From: Planctomycetia bacterium
GTDB taxonomy: Bacteria; Planctomycetota; JAJSAM01; JAJVHW01
NCBI GenBank assembly: GCA_031404455.1
Contig: JANNHP010000090.1
Location: 1-33,626, forward strand
Length of the DNA stretch: 33,626 bases
Direction: 5' to 3'
Shown: positions 1-7,904 of the stretch, piece after piece
Position numbering within the stretch: the stretch's first letter is position 1
How the letters are laid out: every line of letters begins with the position of its first letter
The notes under the pieces: model-generated
Seen by the model: only the letters and a program-made list of their open reading frames with translations
What the model was told of the DNA's origin: nothing
Databases searched by the model: none
Translations under genes and position numbers: made by a program

Positions 1-657
1 TCCCGTCGTCGAGTTGAACGTCGCATTGGGGTAGATCGTGCCGGCGAGCGCGCGGTCATCCGGCGAGATCGTCCTGAGCGCGATGACGCCGGGCTGCGTG
101 CGCGGGTACATCGTCGACGTGCGCAGCGGCACGTGGTCGCAGCCGATGGCGTGGCCCCACTCGTGCGCGACGAGGCTCTCGATGTCGGCGATGCCCGCGC
201 GGCCGGGCGCGAAGGTGTCCCATGCGAAGCGGTCGTTCAGCGCAATGTCCATGTCGGTGAGCGTCGTGCCGTCGCGCGTGACCGTCGTGACGGCCAGCGT
301 CAGCGAGTCCAGTCCGCTCGAGACCCAGCCGACGTAGTTCACGCGGTCGGTGCCGTTCGGGCCCGTCGCGGGCCGCGTCGTGTCCTCGGTGAACCGGATC
401 CGCGTCGTGCCGATCTCCCACTGGCGGACTCCGTCGCGCACCGCCTGGAGAGCCGTCTTCTGTCCGAGCACCTCGTCGCGGAGACTCGCCGCGTGCGGCA
501 AGAACGTCACCGCGCCGCCCGTGACGTTGGGCTGCTCCGTGTCGAGGTCCCAGCGGTAGAGGGCGCCCGCCTCGTCAACGAGAGGCACGCCCGCGGGGGT
601 GGATTCCCGGGGCACGAGCGTCACCGCGAACGCCAAGGCGAGAAGCGCCCGGCGCAT
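1..657 (-). CDS. Secreted zinc metalloprotease, matrixin/M10-like (metzincin); partial, C-terminus lies beyond the window start
   Basis: Hand translation of the minus frame from ATG 657..655 gives MRRALLALAFAVTLVP... (signal peptide) and ...LVAHEWGHAIGCDHVPLRTSTMYP. This contains the HExxHxxGxxH zinc-binding motif plus a Met-turn (TMYP). No stop before position 1, so the ORF runs off the window and is absent from the ORF track. The ATG overlaps the TGA of the upstream rlmI-like gene (TGATG). Confidence 0.75.
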   Translation of the reverse strand, partial: MRRALLALAFAVTLVPRESTPAGVPLVDEAGALYRWDLDTEQPNVTGGAVTFLPHAASLRDEVLGQKTALQAVRDGVRQWEIGTTRIRFTEDTTRPATGPNGTDRVNYVGWVSSGLDSLTLAVTTVTRDGTTLTDMDIALNDRFAWDTFAPGRAGIADIESLVAHEWGHAIGCDHVPLRTSTMYPRTQPGVIALRTISPDDRALAGTIYPNATFNSTTG

Positions 658-1823
658 CAGCCGGCGCTCGCGCAGAGCGCGACGTGCAGGTACGACGCCT
701 CGGGCATCACGGGGAGGATCGGGAAGTCGGCGGGCTGTCCCATCTCGGCGAGGACGCGCAGCGACACCGCTTCCATCTCGGCGCCGTCGTGGATGGTGCG
801 CAGGAACTGCTCGCGGCCGACGCCGCGGAAGTTCGTCGCGAAGCAGGCGACGCCACCGGGCTCGAGCACTCGCGTCGTGGCGCGGACGAGCGGGCGGTAG
901 TCGTCCTTCACGGAGAAGGTGCCGCTCTTCTTCGAACTGCTGAAGGACGGCGGGTCGCAGATGACCATGTCGAACTTCCGGCCGTCCTTCGCGAGGCGCA
1001 CGAGCGTCTCGAACGCATCGCCCGGGATCGTCTCGTGCGCGGCGAAGCCCGGCGCGTTCAGCTCCACGTTGCGCCGCGCGATCGCGAGGTAGCGCCCGGA
1101 GAGGTCCACCGAGACGACCTCGGACGCGCCGGCGCGGGCGGCCATCGCGCTGAAGGCGCCGGTGTGCGCGAAGAGGTTGAGCACGCGGCGGCCCTTCGCG
1201 ATCGGCGCCAGCGCCGCGCGGACGTCGCGCATGTCGGGGAAGAGGCCCGGCTTCCCGGTCGCGGCGAGCGAGACGAGGCAGCGGACCGAGGGCTCCGCGA
1301 CCTCGAACTCGTCCGGGCAGCGCTCCCCGGCCACGAGGACGCTCGCCTCGTCGGTTCGCAGGTAGATGCCGCGCGCGGGCACGCTCTGGGCGAGCGCCGC
1401 GACGATCGGCTCGGCCCACGATGTGAGCGCATCCGTCTGGAGAGTCAGCGCGAGCCAGTCGCCGAAGCGGTCCACGAGGATGCCGGGGAGACCGTCGCCC
1501 TCGGCGTTCGCGACGCGCCACGCGGTCGTGCGCTCCGGGATTCGCATGCGCTCGCGCAGCGCCGCGGCGGCCTTGAAGCGCGCGGCGATCATCGCCTCGT
1601 CGATTCGCTCGCCCTCGGTGCGCGTCCAGACGCGCACGGCGATCGACGAACCGCCGTCGTAGATGCCCCGGCCGAGGAACGGCCGTCCGGGACCCGTCAC
1701 CTCGACGACCTGCCCGGATCGGAGCTTCGTCGGCTTCTCGGCGATCGCCTCGCGGTAGACCCACGGATGCCCCTGCGCGATCGCGCGGGAGTCCTTCGGG
1801 TGCAGGAAGACGGCGGAAGCCAC
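657..1823 (-). CDS. rlmI: RlmI-like 23S rRNA m5C methyltransferase (PUA-like N-domain + class I SAM-dependent MTase)
   Basis: C-terminal 389 aa of track ORF 657..4175(-). N-terminal LHPKDSRAIAQGHPWVYREA resembles the RlmI N-terminus (..RRHPWVF..). NLFAHTGAFS is motif I-like and VICDPPSF is a DPPxF motif IV. Start proposed at GTG 1823..1821, in frame with 389 codons; upstream of this the long ORF is just the antisense of the TBDR gene. Start is uncertain. Confidence 0.7.
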   Translation of the reverse strand: MASAVFLHPKDSRAIAQGHPWVYREAIAEKPTKLRSGQVVEVTGPGRPFLGRGIYDGGSSIAVRVWTRTEGERIDEAMIAARFKAAAALRERMRIPERTTAWRVANAEGDGLPGILVDRFGDWLALTLQTDALTSWAEPIVAALAQSVPARGIYLRTDEASVLVAGERCPDEFEVAEPSVRCLVSLAATGKPGLFPDMRDVRAALAPIAKGRRVLNLFAHTGAFSAMAARAGASEVVSVDLSGRYLAIARRNVELNAPGFAAHETIPGDAFETLVRLAKDGRKFDMVICDPPSFSSSKKSGTFSVKDDYRPLVRATTRVLEPGGVACFATNFRGVGREQFLRTIHDGAEMEAVSLRVLAEMGQPADFPILPVMPEASYLHVALCASAG

Positions 1824-1850
1824 CGGCGGAAGGTACCCGAGGGCGAAGTT

Positions 1851-2025
1851 GGGGACGGTCCTAACTTTCGCACTTCTGGGGACGGTCCTGACTTTCGCGC
1901 TTCCCGTCTGGGGACGGTCCTGACTTTCGCACTTCCCGGGCCCGACGCCCGGCGTCGCGTCCCGCACGAAAGTCCGCCAGCACCGTCCCTGAAAGTCCGA
2001 AAGTCCGCCAGCACCGTCCCCGGGA
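1851..2025 (+). repeat. Array of short intergenic repeats: three direct copies of GGGGACGGTCCTRACTTTCGCRCTTC (1851-1876, 1878-1904, 1910-1936), a GACGCCcGGCGTC palindrome, and two inverted variant copies CGAAAGTCCGCCAGCACCGTCCC (1967-1989, ~1997-2019)
   Basis: Read directly from the sequence. Period is ~27-32 nt. Half-sites GGGACGGT and GACTTTCG recur with a 3-nt (forward copies) or 7-nt (inverted copies) spacer. Forward copy 3 and inverted copy 1 can pair into a ~80-nt imperfect hairpin. The array lies between the divergent rlmI and TBDR starts. Confidence 0.8.
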
Positions 2026-2078
2026 CCGAACCTTTTCGGCGTGACTCCGTTCGCACCCTCCAACACCGGGAGGGTCCC

Positions 2079-4235
2079 TTGCACCGATTCGACGGCCGTC
2101 CCCTGCTGCTCGCCGTCCCCGTCCTCGCCGCCGCGGCGCCCGCCGTCGCGCAGGACACTTCGCCCGCGCCTCCCGCCGCGCCGCCCGAGAGCGAACTCGC
2201 GCGCGAGGTCGAGGTGCTCGTCACCGCCACGCGGCGTTCCGAGCCGGCGTTCGTCGTCCCGTGGTCGACCGATGTCGTCGGCGCCGAGGAGATCCGCGAC
2301 GTCCGGATGCGGCGCACGCTGCCGGACGCCCTCGGCGACCTGCCCGGCGTGATGGTGCAGCGCACGTCGTACGGCCAGGCGTCGCCGTTCCTCCGCGGGT
2401 TCACCGGCTACCACACCGTGATGATGGTCGACGGCATCCGCCTCAACAACTCGACGTTCCGCTCGGGCCCGAATCAGTACTGGGGCACCGTCGATTCCTA
2501 CTCGACCGATCGCCTCGAGGTCGTGCGCGGCGCGGCGTCGGTGCTCTACGGAAGCGACGCCGTCGGCGGCGCGGTGAACTCGATCTCCCGCGGGCGGACG
2601 AGCTTCGAGCCGGGCTCCCACTGGGACGCGGGCGTGCTCACGCGCTTCGCGTCGGCCGAAGGATCGAGGACGTACCGCGTCGAGTCGTCGGGCAACCAGG
2701 ACGACCTCGGCGTCGCTGCGGGGTTCACCTACAAGGGCTACGACGACCTCAGCGCCGGCGACGGCACCGGCCACCAGGACGACACCGGCTACCGCGAGCG
2801 CGACGGCGACCTGCGCCTCGACTTCCGCGCGAACGAGGACACCGTCTGGACGTTCGGCTTCCAGCGCACGGTAGAGGACGACGTCCCCCGCACGCACCGC
2901 ACGATCCACGCGGAGTCCTTCCACGGCACGACGCTCGGCGACGAACTGCGCCGCGACCTCACCCAGGAACGCACGCTCCTCTACCTGCGCCTCGCGCAGC
3001 GCCTGCGCGCCGCCTTCGCGGACAGCGCCGAGTTCACGGTCTCGTACCAGGATCAGAACGAGATGCAGCACCGCGACCGCACCGGCGACCGCACGGACCT
3101 CCAGGGCTACGACGTCGAGACCTGGGGTGCCCAGGTGCAGTTCGAGAAGGCGACGCGGATCGGCGAATTGACCTACGGAGTCGAGTTCTGGCACGACGAC
3201 GTCTCGTCCTACCGGCACAACTACGTGAACGGCACGCTCGACCTCGTGGCGATCCAGGGCCCCGTCGGCGACGACGCGGACTACGACCTCCTCGGCATCT
3301 ACGCGCAGGACGAGTTCGACTGGGGTGCCACGACGCTGACCGCGGGCGCGCGCTTCACCTACGCCGCGGCCGACGCGAACCGCGTGGACAACCCCGCGGT
3401 CTCGGGCAGCGATCCCGCGACGCCGGGCAACATCATCTCGCTCGACGACTCGTGGACGAACGTCGTCGGGAGTCTCCGCGCCGTGCATCCGCTCTCGCCC
3501 GAGTGGAACCTCTTCGGCGGCGTGTCGCAGGCCTTCCGCGCGCCGAACCTCTCGGACCTGACGCGCCTCGACGACACGAGCGGCGTCGAGGTCCCCTCGC
3601 TCGGTCTCGATCCCGAGAAGTACCTGCAGTACGAGACGGGCGTGCGCTCCGAGCAGGAGTGCTGGTCCGGCTCGCTCTCGGTCTTCTACACGCAGATCCG
3701 CGACCAGATCGTCCCGTCGCCCACGGGCGGCACGATCGGCAGCACGCCGGAGGTGAGGAAGGACAACATCGGCGACGGCTACATCGCGGGGTCCGAGATC
3801 GAGGCGACGGGCCGTCTCGGCGAGCACTGGACGCTCTCCGGCGCCGGCACCTGGCAGCACGGCAACGTCGACCAGTTCGAGACCGACGGTACGAAGACGT
3901 CGGCGCCGGCGTCGCGGCTGATGCCGCTGACGGGCGTCGTCACGGCGACGTACCGCGACACGCCGTCGGCGCCGTGGCGCGCGTGGGTCTCGGCGAAGGC
4001 CGCGTCGAAACAGGACCGTCTCTCGCTGAAGGACGAGACCGACACCGAGCGCATCCCGCCGGGCGGCACGCCGGGGTGGTTCACGTGGTCGATCGGCGCC
4101 GTCTGGGAGATCTCGCCGAACGCCACGCTCTCGGCCGCGATCGAGAACGTGGGCGACGTGGACTACCGCATCCACGGTTCGGGCGTGAACGAGCCGGGGC
4201 GGAACTTCGTCGTGGCGCTGGACCTGCGCTTCTGA
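2079..4235 (+). CDS. TonB-dependent outer-membrane receptor (718 aa) with signal peptide, TonB-box-like EVLVTAT, plug domain and C-terminal Phe
   Basis: In frame with track ORF 684..4235(+). Plug-domain motifs YGQASPFLRGFTGYHTVMMVDGIRLNN and RLEVVRGAASVLYGSDAVGGAVN are present, and the protein ends ...NFVVALDLRF (terminal aromatic of the barrel). Start chosen as TTG 2079, 5 nt after a GGGAGGG SD, giving LHRFDGRPLLLAVPVLAAAAPAVA|QD as signal peptide. The opposite-strand 1172-aa ORF is its shadow. Confidence 0.85.
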   Translation: MHRFDGRPLLLAVPVLAAAAPAVAQDTSPAPPAAPPESELAREVEVLVTATRRSEPAFVVPWSTDVVGAEEIRDVRMRRTLPDALGDLPGVMVQRTSYGQASPFLRGFTGYHTVMMVDGIRLNNSTFRSGPNQYWGTVDSYSTDRLEVVRGAASVLYGSDAVGGAVNSISRGRTSFEPGSHWDAGVLTRFASAEGSRTYRVESSGNQDDLGVAAGFTYKGYDDLSAGDGTGHQDDTGYRERDGDLRLDFRANEDTVWTFGFQRTVEDDVPRTHRTIHAESFHGTTLGDELRRDLTQERTLLYLRLAQRLRAAFADSAEFTVSYQDQNEMQHRDRTGDRTDLQGYDVETWGAQVQFEKATRIGELTYGVEFWHDDVSSYRHNYVNGTLDLVAIQGPVGDDADYDLLGIYAQDEFDWGATTLTAGARFTYAAADANRVDNPAVSGSDPATPGNIISLDDSWTNVVGSLRAVHPLSPEWNLFGGVSQAFRAPNLSDLTRLDDTSGVEVPSLGLDPEKYLQYETGVRSEQECWSGSLSVFYTQIRDQIVPSPTGGTIGSTPEVRKDNIGDGYIAGSEIEATGRLGEHWTLSGAGTWQHGNVDQFETDGTKTSAPASRLMPLTGVVTATYRDTPSAPWRAWVSAKAASKQDRLSLKDETDTERIPPGGTPGWFTWSIGAVWEISPNATLSAAIENVGDVDYRIHGSGVNEPGRNFVVALDLRF

Positions 4236-4264
4236 GGCCAGACGCCGACCCGGTGTGTCCGAGC

Positions 4265-4354
4265 GTCAGGACCGTCCCTAACAAGTCAACAAGTACCTAA
4301 AGTCAGGACCGTCCCCGAGTCAGGCTCGAAAGTACCAAAAGTCAGGACCGTCCC
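4265..4354. repeat. Three copies of (AAA)GTCAGGACCGTCCC, the reverse complement of the upstream GGGACGGTCCTGACTTT core, between the convergent ends of the TBDR and the 584-aa gene
   Basis: Copies at 4265-4278, 4299-4316 and 4337-4354, plus degenerate CGAAAGTACC / ACAAGTCAAC fragments between them. They are in the opposite orientation to the 1851-1936 copies, so the TBDR gene is bracketed by inverted arrays of the same core. Confidence 0.8.
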
Positions 4355-4375
4355 GGGCTCGGGGTCCGCGCGCGG

Positions 4376-6130
4376 TCACTGCCAGAGGTAGTGCCACTTG
4401 TAGTCGAGGGTCGCGGTCTTCTTCGGCTCGATCGTCACGCTCCAGGTGATGCGTCCGGCGCCGTTCATTCGGTGCCACCAGTACGGCCAGTTGAACCAGC
4501 CCCACCAGGCCGGATACGAGCCCGTGCCGGCGAACGCCATGTCCTCGGCCATGTTGATCATCGCGGTGGTACCGCCCTGCCCCGCCGAGTCGACGATGCC
4601 GAGCACGTGGCGCGTCACCTCGACCTCGTACGCGCGGTCGGTGTCGTTCGAGAGACGGATCGAGCCGCCGAGGTCCACGCGGTGGAACGACTCGTTGCGC
4701 CAGCGCACGGAGTCGGGCGTGCGGCCCGTCTCCTCCTCGTCGTTCTTCACACGCAGCCCGATCGCCTGCGTCACGGACACGTCGCAGCGGCCGCACACGG
4801 GCGTGTACGACGTCGAGCCCTGGCCGAGGAGACGTCCGTCGCGCAGCACGACCGCGGGCGCGGTCGTCAGCGGGAAGGGCGCCGCGTTGTCGAGGCGGAT
4901 CTTGTGCATCGCGACCGGACGGACGAGCGCGCGCATCTTCTCGAGGTCGGCCGCGCCCCGTCCGCTCTGCCAGATCTCGGGCGGCGGCGTGAGCGGCACG
5001 TCCACCGTGTAGACGTCGGTGTACGGGATGTCGTACTCGGCGACCGGCAGCGTCATCCGCTCGCCGCGGCGGAGCGTCACGTCCTTCAGGTCGAAGACGA
5101 ACAGGTCCTCGTTCGCCGCGGCACCTCCGACCGCGTCGCCGACGTCGGCCGAGCCGTGCGTGCCCGCGGACGGGACGTAGTCGTTCGACGACGCGAGTTG
5201 CGTCTGGATGGAGTTGCTCGCGAAGTTCGCGAACCGCCACTCGTTCCGCACGCCTGCGACGGTCTCCGCGAGGTCGGACGCGAGCGCCATCGGATCGACG
5301 AGATCCTTGAAGTCGAACTTCGGCACGCCGACGACGAGGTGCACCGCCGCCCGGTCGAGGTCGGCGAGATCATTGACGAGCGTCGCTTCGAGCCGCACGT
5401 GCGCCTTGCCCGCGCCGTCGATGTCGATGCGGTACTCGGGGATCCAGCGCAGTCCCTTCTGGAGATACACCATCCCGACGCGCGCCGTCGGCGCCGGCGC
5501 GCCCTTCCATCCGAGCCGGAGCGTGAGGAGGTCGCGGTTCTCCTCGGTGCGCACCGTCGTGCGGCACGCGCCCTTGAACGCTACGCTCTCGATCTTCTCG
5601 ATGGCGACCGCGCGCGTGCCCTCCTCCGTCTGCACGAGCATGACCGCGCCGGGTTGCGGCAGAGGATCGCGGACGCCCGGGGCTGACGTCGCCTCGATCT
5701 CGGCGCTCGTGCGCTCCGGGAACCCGAGGATCTTCCCCGCCCACTTCGATCCGTTGATCTCCGTGAACGTCGCCTCCGCGCCGACGTTCGCACGGAGCAG
5801 GTCCGGCACCGCGAGCGCCGTGCGCTCGACCGCGACGCGCCGCTTCCCCGCGACGACGCTCGCGAGCTTCGCGTTCGCGTCGGAGGCAAACGGCCAGAAC
5901 GTGCCGAGCACCGGGCGCGGCAGATCCTCGACGAGCACGTTTCCGTCCGCGCCGACGGGCATCTCGCCCTCGCGCAGCACGAACGCGTGGCCGTCCTTGA
6001 AGACCGAGACCTCGCGGATCGGCAGCGACCGCAGCGATCCCGCCTGCGCCGCGGGGTCCTGCGCGAGCCCCGCGCGCCCGGCGGCGAGCACGGTCACGGC
6101 GGAGAGGGCGAGCACGAGTCGGTGACGCAT
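4376..6130 (-). CDS. Secreted protein of unknown function (584 aa); signal peptide MRHRLVLALSAVTVLAAGRAGLA|QD, Trp-rich C-terminus (YPAWWGWFNWPYWWHRM)
   Basis: Track ORF 4376..6130(-). AGGAGG SD 8 nt upstream of the ATG. Third-position GC bias is coherent. No confident family assignment; possibly DUF4139/MuiA-like, but this is not verifiable here. Confidence 0.6.
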   Translation of the reverse strand: MRHRLVLALSAVTVLAAGRAGLAQDPAAQAGSLRSLPIREVSVFKDGHAFVLREGEMPVGADGNVLVEDLPRPVLGTFWPFASDANAKLASVVAGKRRVAVERTALAVPDLLRANVGAEATFTEINGSKWAGKILGFPERTSAEIEATSAPGVRDPLPQPGAVMLVQTEEGTRAVAIEKIESVAFKGACRTTVRTEENRDLLTLRLGWKGAPAPTARVGMVYLQKGLRWIPEYRIDIDGAGKAHVRLEATLVNDLADLDRAAVHLVVGVPKFDFKDLVDPMALASDLAETVAGVRNEWRFANFASNSIQTQLASSNDYVPSAGTHGSADVGDAVGGAAANEDLFVFDLKDVTLRRGERMTLPVAEYDIPYTDVYTVDVPLTPPPEIWQSGRGAADLEKMRALVRPVAMHKIRLDNAAPFPLTTAPAVVLRDGRLLGQGSTSYTPVCGRCDVSVTQAIGLRVKNDEEETGRTPDSVRWRNESFHRVDLGGSIRLSNDTDRAYEVEVTRHVLGIVDSAGQGGTTAMINMAEDMAFAGTGSYPAWWGWFNWPYWWHRMNGAGRITWSVTIEPKKTATLDYKWHYLWQ

Positions 6131-6233
6131 GGGGCGGCCTCCTGTTGCAGGAAGGATGCCCTGGGAACGGGGTGCGCGCGGTAACGGGGGTGTAAACGGG
6201 CGGGGACGTGTCCGCCGCGAGCCGCGCTCGCGT

Positions 6234-7487
6234 CTACTTCGCCGCGAAGACGATCTCGTAGGAACCGCTGTCGCACGGAACGCTCCGAGGCACGCCGCGC
6301 TGGTCGGTTCCGAGACAGGAGATGGCGACCCCGAAGTTCGCGGCCGGACTCGCGACGGCGAGCGCGTGAGTCGGCGTCAGACCGCCGCTCGCTGCGAGCG
6401 CCTGGAGCAACGGGTCCGCGTTCGAGAGTTCGAAGCCGCAGGTCGTTCCGCTGTCGACGTTGCCCCCGTCCGACGTGAGGGCGCGGTCGGAGTTCGACTT
6501 GCCGTTGAACGCGAAGATCGAGTTCACGACGGTGCACGTGTTGGCGCCGTTGGCTTCGTCGGTGACGGAGATCCCCGCACCGAGCTTCGACTTGTTGTAG
6601 GCGACGGTGCAGCGCTGGATGGAGAGGGTCCCGCCGTCCTCGAGGGAGATGCCGCCGGCGTTGCGCTTCGCCTTGTTCCCGCTGATCGTGCAATCGACCA
6701 TGAGGACGTCTCCCCCGGAGCTCTCCAGTCCCCCGCCTTCGCTCTTCGACTTGCACTTCGAGATCGTGCAGCGGGCGAGCGTGAGCGTTCCGTCGTCCAC
6801 GTCGATCCCGCCGCCGTCGTCCTTCGCGGAACAGGCGTCGACCCAGACGTCGGAGAGCGACGCGGTGTTCCCCCGCAGGTCGAACCCCCCGGCGTCGTCG
6901 CTCGCCTTGCAGCGGGACAGCACGCACGCGCTGATGTTCACGTCGATCCCGGTGCTCCGGATCGCGCCGCCCGATTCGCCCTTGGCCGTCCTGCCGTTCA
7001 CGATCGTCAGGCCCGAGATCGTCGCCGACGCCGGGAACTGCACGTCGAACGCCCGGTCCTTCAGCTTCTTGCAGTCGATGATCGTCGTCGATGCACCCGT
7101 GCCCGCGATCGTGACCGTCTCGGTCAGGTCGAGATCGCCCGCCGCGGCGTCCCCGAGGTTCTGCGCCTCAGCCGCCTTGTTCCGGATCGTGAGCCGGTAC
7201 GTGCCCGCCGGCACCGCGATCGTGTCCTCGCCCGGCGTGACGTTCGCGTGCTGCACCGCCGCGCGCAGCGTGCTCTGCAGCCCGGGCGTCACGAGATCCA
7301 CGTCGCACACGCCGTCCGTGAGGTCCGCGTCGGGGCGGTCCTCGAACGAGTTCACGGTGATGGTCGCCGCCTGCGCGGCCGCCGCAGAGGCGCAGAGGAG
7401 GATCACGGCAAGGCGCTTCGAGATCTCGGAAATGGGGCACCTCGGAAGGGTTCGTGCAACGTCCGATGTGGCGATTCGGCCGCGCAT
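6234..7487 (-). CDS. Secreted right-handed parallel beta-helix repeat protein with N-terminal CSLREA-type domain (choice-of-anchor-Q-like)
   Basis: N-domain VCDVDLVTPGLQSTLRAAVQHANVTPGEDTIAVPAGTYRLT matches the C..LR.A...AN..PG.DTI...G.Y.L pattern. It is followed by ~24-aa beta-helix turns with a cysteine ladder (ISACVLSRCKASDDAGG / VDACSAKDDGGG / LARCTISKCKSKSEGGG / MVDCTISGNKAKRNAGG / IQRCTVAYNKSKLGAG). Start taken at internal ATG 7487 (track M at 7553 is GTG with no signal peptide) with a GGGGGA SD-like; signal peptide KRLAVILLCASAAAAQA|ATITV. Confidence 0.7.
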   Translation of the reverse strand: MRGRIATSDVARTLPRCPISEISKRLAVILLCASAAAAQAATITVNSFEDRPDADLTDGVCDVDLVTPGLQSTLRAAVQHANVTPGEDTIAVPAGTYRLTIRNKAAEAQNLGDAAAGDLDLTETVTIAGTGASTTIIDCKKLKDRAFDVQFPASATISGLTIVNGRTAKGESGGAIRSTGIDVNISACVLSRCKASDDAGGFDLRGNTASLSDVWVDACSAKDDGGGIDVDDGTLTLARCTISKCKSKSEGGGLESSGGDVLMVDCTISGNKAKRNAGGISLEDGGTLSIQRCTVAYNKSKLGAGISVTDEANGANTCTVVNSIFAFNGKSNSDRALTSDGGNVDSGTTCGFELSNADPLLQALAASGGLTPTHALAVASPAANFGVAISCLGTDQRGVPRSVPCDSGSYEIVFAAK

Positions 7488-7523
7488 CGTATCAGTCCCC
7501 CTCAAGAGGTATCCTCCGCGCCC

Positions 7524-7808
7524 ATGGCCAGAGTCCACGTCGTCCTGCCGCACTCCCTCGACGTCGACGCCGCCGAGGCGCGGCTCCGTGCGTTCATCGA
7601 CTCGCCCGCGCTCCGCGAGCGGCTGAAGCTGACGGAGGCGCGCTGGGGCCAGCGCAACGTGGAACTCGCCGGCGACAGTTGGTCCGGCCGCGCCTCAGTC
7701 ACCGCGCGCGACGTCGAGGTCGACCTCGAACTCGGCGGAATGCTCGGCTTCTTCGCGGGCGCTGCGGCGTCGGAGCTGAAGAAGCGTCTGGCGGAGGCGC
7801 TGCGCTGA
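7524..7808 (+). CDS. Small (94 aa) polyhydroxyalkanoic-acid-system family protein-like (PHA_gran_rgn/TIGR02610-like)
   Basis: Last 94 aa of track ORF 6129..7808(+): MARVHVVLPHSLDVDAAEARLRAFIDSP...RWGQRNVELAGDSWSGRASVTARDVEVDLELGGMLGFFAGAAASELKKRLAEALR. This fits the remembered pattern of that family (M..I.V.H.L...EAR.R......W.GD.L....SG...V....V.V.L.LG). AAGAGG lies 17 nt upstream of the ATG. The upstream part of the long ORF is antisense to the beta-helix gene and is rejected. Family call is from memory only. Confidence 0.55.
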   Translation: MARVHVVLPHSLDVDAAEARLRAFIDSPALRERLKLTEARWGQRNVELAGDSWSGRASVTARDVEVDLELGGMLGFFAGAAASELKKRLAEALR

Positions 7809-7815
7809 ACGGCGC

Positions 7816-7842
7816 GGGCGCCGACGTTCGGCATCGGCGCCC
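7816..7842. terminator. Perfect 9-bp GC-rich stem (GGGCGCCGA/TCGGCGCCC) with 9-nt loop, between the convergent PHA-family gene and the flotillin gene
   Basis: Seen in sequence. No U-tract follows on either strand, which is common in high-GC genomes. A second small hairpin GCGGAC-GGTT-GTCCGC follows. Confidence 0.35.
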
Positions 7843-7904
7843 ATGATGCCCCGCCGCGGACGGTTGTCCGCAACGGGTTCGTCGGCGAACGGCTGCGGCG
7901 CGTG

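Noticed and set aside
657-4175. 1172-aa minus-strand ORF
   Set aside because: Only its last 389 aa (657..1823) form the RlmI-like gene. The rest is the antisense shadow of the TonB-dependent receptor gene plus the repeat region, whose 'translation' is Arg/Gly-rich with no domain signal.
2261-4300. 679-aa plus-strand ORF (alternate frame of the TBDR region)
   Set aside because: It has Arg/Pro/Gly-rich low-complexity composition typical of off-frame reading of high-GC coding DNA, and it conflicts with the well-supported TBDR frame.
7488-7553. GTG-initiated 22-aa N-terminal extension of the beta-helix protein (track start 7553)
   Set aside because: The extension (VRQDDVDSGHGRGGYLLRGTDT) has no signal-peptide character. 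The internal ATG at 7487 gives a canonical signal peptide and has an SD-like G-run.
6129-7808. 559-aa plus-strand ORF
   Set aside because: Only the last 94 aa (7524..7808) look like a real, PHA-system-family protein. The upstream 460 aa are antisense to the beta-helix gene and are Arg/Gly-rich.
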